64,000 nt of DNA from an uncultured Planctomycetaceae bacterium (GTDB lineage: Bacteria; Planctomycetota; Planctomycetia; Isosphaerales; Isosphaeraceae): positions 1,312,001 through 1,376,000 of the forward strand of contig CAWIAD010000001.1 in the NCBI GenBank assembly GCA_963833985.1, read 5' to 3'. Of the stretch, positions 8,617 through 16,975 are shown one piece after another. The notes under the pieces were generated by a model, which was not told where the DNA came from, ran no database searches, and saw only the letters and a list, made by a program, of their open reading frames with translations. A program made the position numbers and the translations under genes. How positions within the stretch are numbered: the first letter of the stretch is position 1; the number at the start of each line of letters is the position of its first letter.

Positions 8617-11600
8617 GCGGCTACGAGGTCCCCCAGCCAATCCTGAATTCCCCCTTCGAGCCGCCGGCCGAACACTGGCATATCGTCGAGGGCGAGCCGC
8701 CCGAGCGCGTGCAGAGTCGGCGCAGGGCCATCTACTATTACCGCGACCCGAAGGCGAAGAACGCTCAAGGGCAGGTCGGCGGCATCCCCGTCGAGCTGGA
8801 GCTGGTCAACCTGATCCGGGAGCGGCTCGACGATTGGCGTGAGAAAGGCTACCCGGGAGTCACCCGCACCACCCTGGAACTGCTCCACTGGTGGAATCGC
8901 GAGGGCCGGGACCGGCGGCTGTTCTTCGCCCAGCGGGAGGCGGCCGAGACGATCATCTTCCTGACCGAGGCTCGTGGTGACTTTCGCCAGGGCATCACGA
9001 TCCCGCGGGACGATCCCAGCGAGTCCGAGAAGGCCGACGGGTACTCCGGTTTCCTTCGCTATGCCTGCAAGATGGCCACCGGCTCCGGCAAGACGACCGT
9101 GATGGGCATGCTGGCCGCGTGGAGCATCCTCAACAAGGTCAATGATCGCTCCGATGCCCGGTTCTCGGATGTCGTGCTGATCGTTTGCCCCAACGTCACG
9201 ATCCGCGACCGGCTTCGCGAGCTCGACCCCGAGGGTGGCGACGCCAGCCTCTACCGGACGCGCGACCTCGTGCCTGCGGACCTCATGAAACTGCTGACCC
9301 AGGGCAAGGTGATCGTCACCAACTGGCACGTCTTCGAGCCTCAGGCCGTGAACACCGGGGGCGTGAATTCCAAGGTGAACCGGGCCGGAGTTCCACAGCC
9401 AACCCGCGAGTGGATCTTGATCGGCGGCAAGACGACCACGGCCCGAGGGTCGCGGTACATGACCCAGGTCGCTCTCGACGCGGCGATGGCCGCCGGCAAT
9501 CTGGTTGTGCTCAGGCAAGAGCTCGACGATGCCGGGAATCTCAAGAAAGTTCTCGTGCGGTCGGAAAAGCGCGTCGAGAGTGACACGGCGCTCGTCAACC
9601 GCATCATCGGGCGGGAGGTCGGCGGCAAGCAGAACATCCTCGTGATGAACGATGAGGCCCACCACGCCTACCGGATCAAGCTCGCGGATGCAAACGGCGA
9701 ACAGGCCGAACTCTTCGACGAGGAATTCGAGGACGCGGAAGATATCGAGGCGTTCGAAAAGGAGGCGACGGTCTGGATCGACGGGCTGGACCGAATTCAG
9801 AAGATGCGGGGAATCAACCTCTGCATCGACCTCTCCGCGACCCCTTACTTCCTGGGCCGGGTTGGACAGGAGGCCAACCGGCCATTCCCGTGGGTGGTCA
9901 GCGACTTCGGCCTGATCGACGCGATCGAGTCCGGCCTGGTGAAGATTCCTCAGCTCGCCGTCCGCGACACGACGGGAGCGGCAATCCCGGGCTACTTCAA
10001 TATCTGGCACTGGATCTTGCCCAGGCTTACGCCGGCCGAGCGCGGGGGCAAGCGGGCCAACCCCAAGCCCGAGGCGATCCTGAAGTGGGCCCACACCCCG
10101 ATCGCCATGCTGGGCGGCCTCTGGGAGGCCACGATCGAGGAATGGAACCAGGGAGGCGAGGCCCGGCCGCCGGTCTTCATCCTCGTCTGCAAGAACACGG
10201 CGATCGGAAAGGTCGTTTACGAGTGGCTGGCCGAGGACAAGTCCCCGGCGGGCATCCCGTCCGTCAAGGTCGATGCCTTCCGCAACCGCGATGGACAGGT
10301 CAACACAATCCGGATTGACTCCAAGAAGGTTCACGAGACCGACACCGGTGAGGCCAAGGCCGACGAGACGCGTTGGATGCGGTTCACGCTGGACACGGTG
10401 GGGAAGGCCGACTGGCCCCGGGATCGACAGGGCCGGTCGATTTATCCCGACGGGTTCGAGGATCTGGCCAGGAAGGTCGAGCGGCCTCTTGATCCACCGG
10501 GCCGAGACATCCGCTGCATCGTGAGCGTGGGCATGCTCACCGAAGGGTGGGACTGCAACACGGTGACGCACATCATTGGCCTGCGGCCGTTCATGTCGCA
10601 ACTGCTCTGTGAGCAGGTCGTGGGCCGCGGATTGCGGCGTGCGAGCTACGAGGTCGACGACAACGGCCTGCTCCGCGAGGAGGTGGCCAAGGTCTTCGGC
10701 GTACCGTTCGAGGTCATCCCGTTCAAGGCCAATCCCCAGGGAGCGCCACCGCCCCAGAAACCGCGCAGGCACGTGCACGCCGTTCCAGCCAAAGCGGCCT
10801 TCGAGGTCAGGTTCCCGCGAGTTGAGCGTTATACCACCGCGATCCGCAATCGAGTCGCGGTGGACTGGCCAAACGTGCCCAAGCTTGTGATTGATCCCGG
10901 CCACATCCCGCCCGAGGTCGAGATGAGAGCCTTGAGCGTCAACAACAGGGGCCGCCTCTCCCTGACAGGCCCGGGAAGGGCCGACGAAGTGTCGTTGGCC
11001 GAGTTCCGGAGCAAGCGTCGATTGCAGGAGCTGACCTTCGACCTGGCACGTTCTCTGACACGCGACTACCTTGCCCAGGCTCGCTGCGACGTACCTGCCC
11101 ACGTTCTCTTTCCTCAACTCCAGCCGATCTGCGAGCGTTACGTCCGGGAGTTTGTAACGGTTCTCAAGCCGGCCGATCGAAAGGATCTGTTTTGCAGTCC
11201 ATACTATGGGTGGCTCGTCGAGCGTCTCGTCGAGGCAATCCGGCCTGACACGACCCAGGGCGAGGCGCCCGAGGTCCCAAAGTACGAGGAGAGCCGTGGC
11301 CCGGGCAGCACGGCCGACGTTGATCTCTGGACCACCAAGGAGGTCCGCGAGGTCAACAAGTCCCATCTGAACTATGTCGTCGCCGACACCCGACGCTGGG
11401 AGGAGCAAGCGGCTTATTATCTGGACACGAACGACAATGTCGAGGCCTTCGTGAAGAACCAGGGGCTGAACTTCACCATCCCCTACCTCCACAACGGCCA
11501 GGCCCACGACTACGTCCCCGACTTCATCGTCCGGCTCAAGACGGCCCCGCCCATGCACTTGATCCTCGAGACAAAGGGCTTTGACCCCCTCGAGGAAGTC

Positions 11601-11765
11601 AAGCGAGCGGCCGCAGAGCGATGGGTGGCCGCCGTCAACGCAGATGGGAGCTATGGGAGTTGGGCGTATGCGATTGCGAGGAGGATGACGGAGGTTAACA
11701 GGATTGTCGAAGGAGCTTCTCGTCAAGACTTGATCGCGACGATGACTCCGATGCCTCACACATGA
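8613..11765 (+). CDS. res: Type III restriction enzyme Res subunit (SF2 helicase + PD-(D/E)XK nuclease)
   Basis: KMATGSGKT, NDEAHH, SAT, MLTEGWD, QVVGRGLRR and C-terminal YVPDFIV...ILETKG; ATGA overlap with the HEPN gene. Confidence 0.92.
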   Translation: MSGYEVPQPILNSPFEPPAEHWHIVEGEPPERVQSRRRAIYYYRDPKAKNAQGQVGGIPVELELVNLIRERLDDWREKGYPGVTRTTLELLHWWNREGRDRRLFFAQREAAETIIFLTEARGDFRQGITIPRDDPSESEKADGYSGFLRYACKMATGSGKTTVMGMLAAWSILNKVNDRSDARFSDVVLIVCPNVTIRDRLRELDPEGGDASLYRTRDLVPADLMKLLTQGKVIVTNWHVFEPQAVNTGGVNSKVNRAGVPQPTREWILIGGKTTTARGSRYMTQVALDAAMAAGNLVVLRQELDDAGNLKKVLVRSEKRVESDTALVNRIIGREVGGKQNILVMNDEAHHAYRIKLADANGEQAELFDEEFEDAEDIEAFEKEATVWIDGLDRIQKMRGINLCIDLSATPYFLGRVGQEANRPFPWVVSDFGLIDAIESGLVKIPQLAVRDTTGAAIPGYFNIWHWILPRLTPAERGGKRANPKPEAILKWAHTPIAMLGGLWEATIEEWNQGGEARPPVFILVCKNTAIGKVVYEWLAEDKSPAGIPSVKVDAFRNRDGQVNTIRIDSKKVHETDTGEAKADETRWMRFTLDTVGKADWPRDRQGRSIYPDGFEDLARKVERPLDPPGRDIRCIVSVGMLTEGWDCNTVTHIIGLRPFMSQLLCEQVVGRGLRRASYEVDDNGLLREEVAKVFGVPFEVIPFKANPQGAPPPQKPRRHVHAVPAKAAFEVRFPRVERYTTAIRNRVAVDWPNVPKLVIDPGHIPPEVEMRALSVNNRGRLSLTGPGRADEVSLAEFRSKRRLQELTFDLARSLTRDYLAQARCDVPAHVLFPQLQPICERYVREFVTVLKPADRKDLFCSPYYGWLVERLVEAIRPDTTQGEAPEVPKYEESRGPGSTADVDLWTTKEVREVNKSHLNYVVADTRRWEEQAAYYLDTNDNVEAFVKNQGLNFTIPYLHNGQAHDYVPDFIVRLKTAPPMHLILETKGFDPLEEVKRAAAERWVAAVNADGSYGSWAYAIARRMTEVNRIVEGASRQDLIATMTPMPHT

Positions 11766-11819
11766 GTGCTTATCAGGTTTTTGCTTAACATGCTTAAGAA
11801 GCCGATCGGAGGGTGTGCC

Positions 11820-12342
11820 TCACTTTTTTGGTCGGAGGGATCTCTTGCCGTAGTAAGACACGACTCCCTGGATCAGACCTCCGAAAATCAGGGAACCAAG
11901 CCCCAGGTCCGCCACGAGCTTCTGGCCCAGCAAAGAGCCCGGGGCGACAAACGCCGCGTAGCTCACGATCACCCCCCCCAACCGTCACGCAGATGAAGGA
12001 GAAGACGTTGAAGCTTGTGGCCCACGAGTAGGAAGTTTCCAGACGTGCAAGAGATTCGCTCTGCTCCGACAGGCTTCCCCGCAGGCTCTGGTTGGTTCTC
12101 TCATACTCCGCTATCACCACGGTTCGGAGACTATGGATCTCCTTCTCCAGCCTCAGCTTGTCCGCCTGCAATTCCTCGATATGTTTGTCAGCCCTTGCCT
12201 CGAGGCGATCGGTGGGGCTTAGCTTCTGCTTCAGTCCATCCGCAAGTCTCGTGAGGTTGAGGGGTGGTTCGGCGTCCGGACCTGGTTGTATGACCGCTGG
12301 GGGAAGGGGTGCGGCCTTGATCGTGGAATCACTCGATGACAT
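11820..12342 (-). CDS. Hypothetical coiled-coil protein with two predicted C-terminal TM helices; +1 frameshift in a G8 run
   Basis: MSSSDS...heptad-rich segment (LEARADKHIEELQADKLRLEKEI); removing one G at 11972-11979 gives FNVFSFICVTVGGVIVSYAAFV...LGLGSLIFGGLIQGVVSYYGKRSLRPKK, stop at 11820-11822. Confidence 0.55.
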
Positions 12343-12355
12343 CACTCTTCCCAAG

Positions 12356-12784
12356 TCAGCGGGAGCCGCTCGCCGCTTCGGTGGCAACGGGAACACGATC
12401 ACCGTGGTCGAATCCCACGATCTCGCGAATGAACCTGTAGTCTTTACCGAGGACCGCAAGTCGTTCACCGCTCGCGAAGACCCGGATTGCCTCCTCGTAA
12501 AGCGACAAAGCCTTCAGCAGGATGTCCTCCTTCGGATCCCGAGTTCGAGACGCCAGTTGATCGAGAGCCTCTGTGACCGCCTCGGTAAATCCCACCTCTC
12601 GAAACGCGCTGGCAATTGATCCGCGCAGGTGAGCGGCCAGTTTGTTCTCCAATTCTTTTGATAAGAGCTTCTCGACCACCTCCTCGGTGGACTTCTGGAT
12701 GAATGCGAAGAGCGTCTCGAGATCTTCACGAGGAAACCTGTTGAAGATCTCTCTGATTCGTTGATCCTCGGGGGTTTCAGGCAT
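12356..12784 (-). CDS. Hypothetical protein with C-terminal ribbon-helix-helix-like domain
   Basis: 142 aa; EVGFTEAVTEALDQLASRTRDPKEDILLKALSLY...REIVGF resembles CopG/RHH-type DNA-binding proteins (pattern-level only). Confidence 0.55.
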   Translation of the reverse strand: MPETPEDQRIREIFNRFPREDLETLFAFIQKSTEEVVEKLLSKELENKLAAHLRGSIASAFREVGFTEAVTEALDQLASRTRDPKEDILLKALSLYEEAIRVFASGERLAVLGKDYRFIREIVGFDHGDRVPVATEAASGSR

Positions 12785-13070
12785 AGGGCTACCCTACGGG
12801 TTGTTTCTTCCTGAGTTTCACCACAGGAGAAGCCGGCTTTGCAATTCTGGTCAGTCCAGCAGTCAAGTCTCGCTTACCGACTCCGCGGTAAGGGCCGCGC
12901 GAACGACGCCACTGACCGCCTCCCTGGTTATGGCCGTCACCGAGTCCACGCCCGAGCGATCCACATAAGTTCAGGATCTTGAAATACGGAAACAGGGTCG
13001 GAGGTGGACAGGGCGTGAGCAAGCGGTTCCTGATGTCTAGGCGAATCGTCGTAAGTCGTTGGTATCAAAG

Positions 13071-13143
13071 CGCGCCCGGTAGGATTCGAACCTACAACCT
13101 TCGGATTCGAAGTCCGCGACTCTATCCGTTGAGCTACGGGCGC
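13071..13143 (-). tRNA. tRNA-Arg(TCG)
   Basis: GCGCCCG acceptor stem, GCTC D arm, anticodon loop CT-TCG-AA, GGTTCGAATCC T arm; 73 nt, CCA not encoded. Confidence 0.95.
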
Positions 13144-13511
13144 AGTTGCCAGGCCCAGGAGGTCCGGGCGATCCCTCAAGTATACCGAGAGCCCCGGGGC
13201 GGGCAAGGTGCTGATACCTACGCCTGCCTGTGTGAAGAATCCCGGCACGAAGCTTCCATCAATGCATCTTGTCGCTTGCTTGACGCTCGGTGCGAAGACT
13301 GACTATCGTTAAGGAAGGACCTTTGCCCAGAGCCCAGGCAAGTCCCAGCAAGGCCGCATCGTGCGAAGGCCCATTATGGCAGTTGGTCCTCACGAAAGCA
13401 GCCGGGTGAATTGTGGCTGCGCTCGCCGGCTCGAATCGGGCCGACTCGCATCGCTGGCAGGGATCGTTTTTTCAAGGCATGCGAAGCCTGGCAGCGTTGG
13501 AGCTACTGATC

Positions 13512-13790
13512 ATGATGGTGCCCAGAGAAATCCTCGGTCACGTGACGGCAGAACCGTTTCGGCCGTTCCGGATCCACACGGCAAGCGGCCGGACCTTCGC
13601 GATCCGGCACCCGGAGGTTGTCCAGGTGGGCCGGACCACCTTGACCATCTTCACGCCTCTGGCGGATGATCTCCACGATGCCCAATCACTCTGGCACAAG
13701 GTTTCTTTGATGTTGATCGAATCAATCGAGCCGCTCGATGCTTCGTCCGCCGAGGCAGCCAAGGACGACCTATCCAGGCAAACGCCATGA
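13512..13790 (+). CDS. Small hypothetical protein (PFRPFRIH...GRTF.IRHPE type)
   Basis: About 92 aa, GGAG upstream, ATGA overlap with rimO. Confidence 0.7.
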   Translation: MMVPREILGHVTAEPFRPFRIHTASGRTFAIRHPEVVQVGRTTLTIFTPLADDLHDAQSLWHKVSLMLIESIEPLDASSAEAAKDDLSRQTP

Positions 13791-15247
13791 CTCACCACCC
13801 CGCTGTGAAAGCCAGAGTTTCCTTCGTCAGTCTGGGTTGCTCCAAGAACCTCGTCGACTCGGAGCGGATGCTCGGGCTGCTGGCGCAGGACGGGTTTGCC
13901 CTGGTGCCCGAGGGACAGGAATCGGACCTGGTCATCGTCAATACCTGCGGGTTCATCGACGCGGCCCGGCAAGAGTCCTGCAATGTGATCGAGGAACTGC
14001 TCGAGCGCAAGTGCGCGGGGCAGGTGAAGGGGGTCATCGTCGCCGGCTGCCTGGCCGAGCGGCAGAAGGACCTGCTGCTGGACCAGTACCCCGACGTCGA
14101 CCAGGTGGTCGGGGTGTTCGGCCGCGAGGAGATCGCGCGTGTGTCCGAGCGGCTCATGAGCGGGCTGCACGAGCAGCGGTCGGTCTTCCGGCCGGCACCG
14201 GTGCAGGCCCAGGACGACCGGGCACGGCTGCGCATCACGCCGCGGCACCTGGCCTACCTGAAGGTCTCGGAGGGGTGCGACCGGCTCTGTACGTTCTGTG
14301 CCATCCCGTACATGCGCGGCAAGCACATCACCAAGCCGATCGAGCGCGTGGTCGAGGAGGCCCGCGAGCTGGCGGCCGACGGCGTCCGCGAGCTGATCCT
14401 CGTCGCCCAGGACATGACCTATTACGGCGTCGATCTGTATGGCCGCCCCCGGCTGGCCGAACTGCTGCGAGAGCTCGATGCGGTGGAAGGACTGGACTGG
14501 ATCCGCATCCTCTACAACTATCCCAGCTACTTCACCGACGAGCTGTACGACGTGCTCGGCTCGGCGAGGCGGATCATCCCCTACCTGGACATGCCGCTCC
14601 AGCACATCAACGACCGGCTGCTGAAGGTGATGAACCGGCGGCACACCCGCGCCGAGACCGAAGCCATCATCGCAAGGCTGCGGGCGGCGATGCCGGGCCT
14701 GGTGCTGCGCACGACGCTGATCGTGGGTTTCCCGGGCGAGACCGATGCCGAGTTCGCCGAGCTGCTCGATTTCGTGGAGCAGACCCGGTTCGAGCGGCTC
14801 GGGGCCTTTGCCTATTCTCTGGAGCCGGACACTCCGGCCGCGAAGCTTTCCGACCACATGCCCGAGGAGGTGAAGCAGGAGCGCCGGGAGCGGGTGATGG
14901 CGGTCCAGCAGCCGATTGCCGAGGCGTTCAACCAGACGCTGGTGGGCCGCACGCTGGACGTGCTCATCGATGCCCCCGCGCCCGGGCGAAAGGCTGCCTG
15001 GCTGGGCCGCACGTACGCGGACGCTCCCGACGTGGACGGCGTGACGCTGGTGCAGGGGCCCGGAATCGAGCCGGGCGACCTGGTCACCTGCCAGATCGCC
15101 GAGGCGATCGGCTACGACCTGGTGGGTGTGCCGCTCCAGGGAGGCGGCCACTCCCGTCCGGTGCCGGGCCGCAAGCACATGCGAGCACGGCCGGGGCCCC
15201 GCAAGAAGCCGGCCGGATCACTGCCGATCCTGGACGTGACGCCATGA
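13787..15247 (+). CDS. rimO: Ribosomal protein S12 methylthiotransferase
   Basis: SLGCSKNLVDSE, NTCGFI, CDRLCTFC radical-SAM motif, YLDMPLQH, DAPDVDG TRAM domain. Confidence 0.97.
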   Translation: MTHHPAVKARVSFVSLGCSKNLVDSERMLGLLAQDGFALVPEGQESDLVIVNTCGFIDAARQESCNVIEELLERKCAGQVKGVIVAGCLAERQKDLLLDQYPDVDQVVGVFGREEIARVSERLMSGLHEQRSVFRPAPVQAQDDRARLRITPRHLAYLKVSEGCDRLCTFCAIPYMRGKHITKPIERVVEEARELAADGVRELILVAQDMTYYGVDLYGRPRLAELLRELDAVEGLDWIRILYNYPSYFTDELYDVLGSARRIIPYLDMPLQHINDRLLKVMNRRHTRAETEAIIARLRAAMPGLVLRTTLIVGFPGETDAEFAELLDFVEQTRFERLGAFAYSLEPDTPAAKLSDHMPEEVKQERRERVMAVQQPIAEAFNQTLVGRTLDVLIDAPAPGRKAAWLGRTYADAPDVDGVTLVQGPGIEPGDLVTCQIAEAIGYDLVGVPLQGGGHSRPVPGRKHMRARPGPRKKPAGSLPILDVTP

Positions 15248-15903
15248 GCAGCAGCCACGACGCCGGCGCGGGGGCCGCGGTGCGAGGCGGGTCCGGCGTG
15301 GCAGACCCCGAGCTCGCCGCGGACGGGGCGGGCCATCCCCGGTTCTGGAACGTGCCGAACACGATGACGGTGGGCCGCCTGGTGCTCTCCGCCGTCGTCT
15401 TCGTGTTCATGGGGCTGGGCCAGTACGCCATCGCGCTGTCTGTCTTCCTCTTCGCGGCACTTTCCGATGCACTCGACGGCTATTTCGCCCGCCTGCTGAA
15501 GCAGGGCACGCCGATCGGTCGCCAGCTCGACCCCCTGGTGGACAAGGTCATCGTCTCGGGCTGCTACATTTACCTGGCGTCGATCTCCGCGGAATCAGGC
15601 GTTTATCCCTGGATGGTCACGGCGATCGTGGTGCGCGAGCTGCTGATCCAGGGCTTGCGCAGCTTGCTGGAAGGGGCGGGGCAAGCCTTCGGCGCGAAGA
15701 CGGCCGGGAAGCTCAAGACCACGGTGCAGTGCCTGTCAATCTCCCTTGCACTCCTGGTACTCGCGCTGGAACAGGCGCCGGCGTGGCTGCTCCGGGCACG
15801 CGACGGCGCCACCTGGACCGCGGTGGGACTGACGATTTACAGCGGCGCGATGTATCTCGTGGGCGCGATGCCCGCGCTGCGCAGCCAGGCGACGAGGGAC
15901 TGA
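15244..15903 (+). CDS. pgsA: CDP-diacylglycerol--glycerol-3-phosphate 3-phosphatidyltransferase
   Basis: NVPNTMTVGR, DALDGYFAR...G..LDPLVDK CDP-alcohol phosphotransferase motif, GKLKT. Confidence 0.9.
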   Translation: MSSSHDAGAGAAVRGGSGVADPELAADGAGHPRFWNVPNTMTVGRLVLSAVVFVFMGLGQYAIALSVFLFAALSDALDGYFARLLKQGTPIGRQLDPLVDKVIVSGCYIYLASISAESGVYPWMVTAIVVRELLIQGLRSLLEGAGQAFGAKTAGKLKTTVQCLSISLALLVLALEQAPAWLLRARDGATWTAVGLTIYSGAMYLVGAMPALRSQATRD

Positions 15904-15907
15904 AGCG

Positions 15908-16975
15908 ATGGAGTGGGTGGAATCCTTGGTCCTGGGCGTCGTCCAGGGCATCACCGAGTTCTTGCCGGTCTCCAGCGATGGCCACCTGGTGATCACCCAG
16001 CAGCTCTTCGGGTGGTGGACGGGCCGGCCGCACAGCGGCGAGGAGAACCTGTTCTTCGACATCATGCTGCACGTGGGCACGCTGGCGGCGATCCTGGTGC
16101 ATTACCGCCGGGCCATCCGCGACGGCGCCCGCGGCTTCCTGCTGAACGCGGGCGATGTTCCCGCGGGGTTCGGCCGGGCCAGCGTGTTCCGCGCAGGGCT
16201 GCTGGCCGTGGTGGCCACGCTGCCGCTCATCCCGCTCAAGCTCTTCTTCATTGACTGGATCAAGGAGACGTTCAAGAGCAGCCAGGCGGCGGGCATCGGG
16301 TTCCTGATCACGGCCGCGGTCTTGCTGGTGGTGGGCGTGTGGCTGCGGCGCGGGCCCGGCGGCAAGAGCGGCCCGTCCCAGACGCGCTTTCTGGACGCGC
16401 TCTTGATCGGCATTGCCCAGATGTTCGCACCGCTGCCGGGAGTGAGCCGGAGCGGCTTGACCATCGCCGCGGCGCTCGCGCTGGGCTTCTCACCGGCCTG
16501 GGCGGTCGGCTTCAGCCTGCTCATCGCCGTGCCGGCCATCTCCGGTGCCGCCGTGTCGGAACTGAAGGACACGCTCACCGGCCCGCGCGCGTTCAGCCTC
16601 ACGCCGGACCGCATTGGCCAGACGGTGGCCGCCACGATCGTCGCCGGTATCGTGGGCTACATGGCCATCCTCTGGCTCATCCGGGTTGTTCGCGCCGGGC
16701 GGCTCTGGTATTTTTCTGTATACCTGGTCATCCTGGGAATTGTGGTCCTGCTCCTTTGCTCACGGTCCGGAGGATCGCTTGATGGCCGCCCGTCTCAGGC
16801 TGTGGACCGGCCCGCTGGCAGCCGCGCTGCGGGATTGCCTGCTGGAGGCCCAGGAGGACGCGCCGGCCGGCTGGTGGATTGTGCCCACGCCCCTGGCGCG
16901 CGATCAGCTCATGTGCGATCTGGCGGGCCGCGGGCGGAGCAAGGGCCAGCCCGCGCGGGTCTACTGCTGGGATGA
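15908..16975 (+). CDS. uppP: Undecaprenyl-diphosphate phosphatase (BacA family)
   Basis: QGITEFLPVSSDGHL and PGVSRSGLTI motifs; low-complexity C-terminal tail overlapping the next gene. Confidence 0.93.
   Translation: MEWVESLVLGVVQGITEFLPVSSDGHLVITQQLFGWWTGRPHSGEENLFFDIMLHVGTLAAILVHYRRAIRDGARGFLLNAGDVPAGFGRASVFRAGLLAVVATLPLIPLKLFFIDWIKETFKSSQAAGIGFLITAAVLLVVGVWLRRGPGGKSGPSQTRFLDALLIGIAQMFAPLPGVSRSGLTIAAALALGFSPAWAVGFSLLIAVPAISGAAVSELKDTLTGPRAFSLTPDRIGQTVAATIVAGIVGYMAILWLIRVVRAGRLWYFSVYLVILGIVVLLLCSRSGGSLDGRPSQAVDRPAGSRAAGLPAGGPGGRAGRLVDCAHAPGARSAHVRSGGPRAEQGPARAGLLLG

Noticed and set aside
8598..11759. 1053-aa minus-strand ORF, and similar long antisense ORFs over rimO, addB, the kinases and act genes
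   Set aside because: Shadow frames of high-GC coding genes with no recognisable motifs.
13045..13070. Shared CGTAAG motif just 3' of tRNA-Arg and tRNA-Leu (49531)
   Set aside because: Only 6 bp, at different distances from the tRNAs; cannot be told from chance without a genome-wide count.
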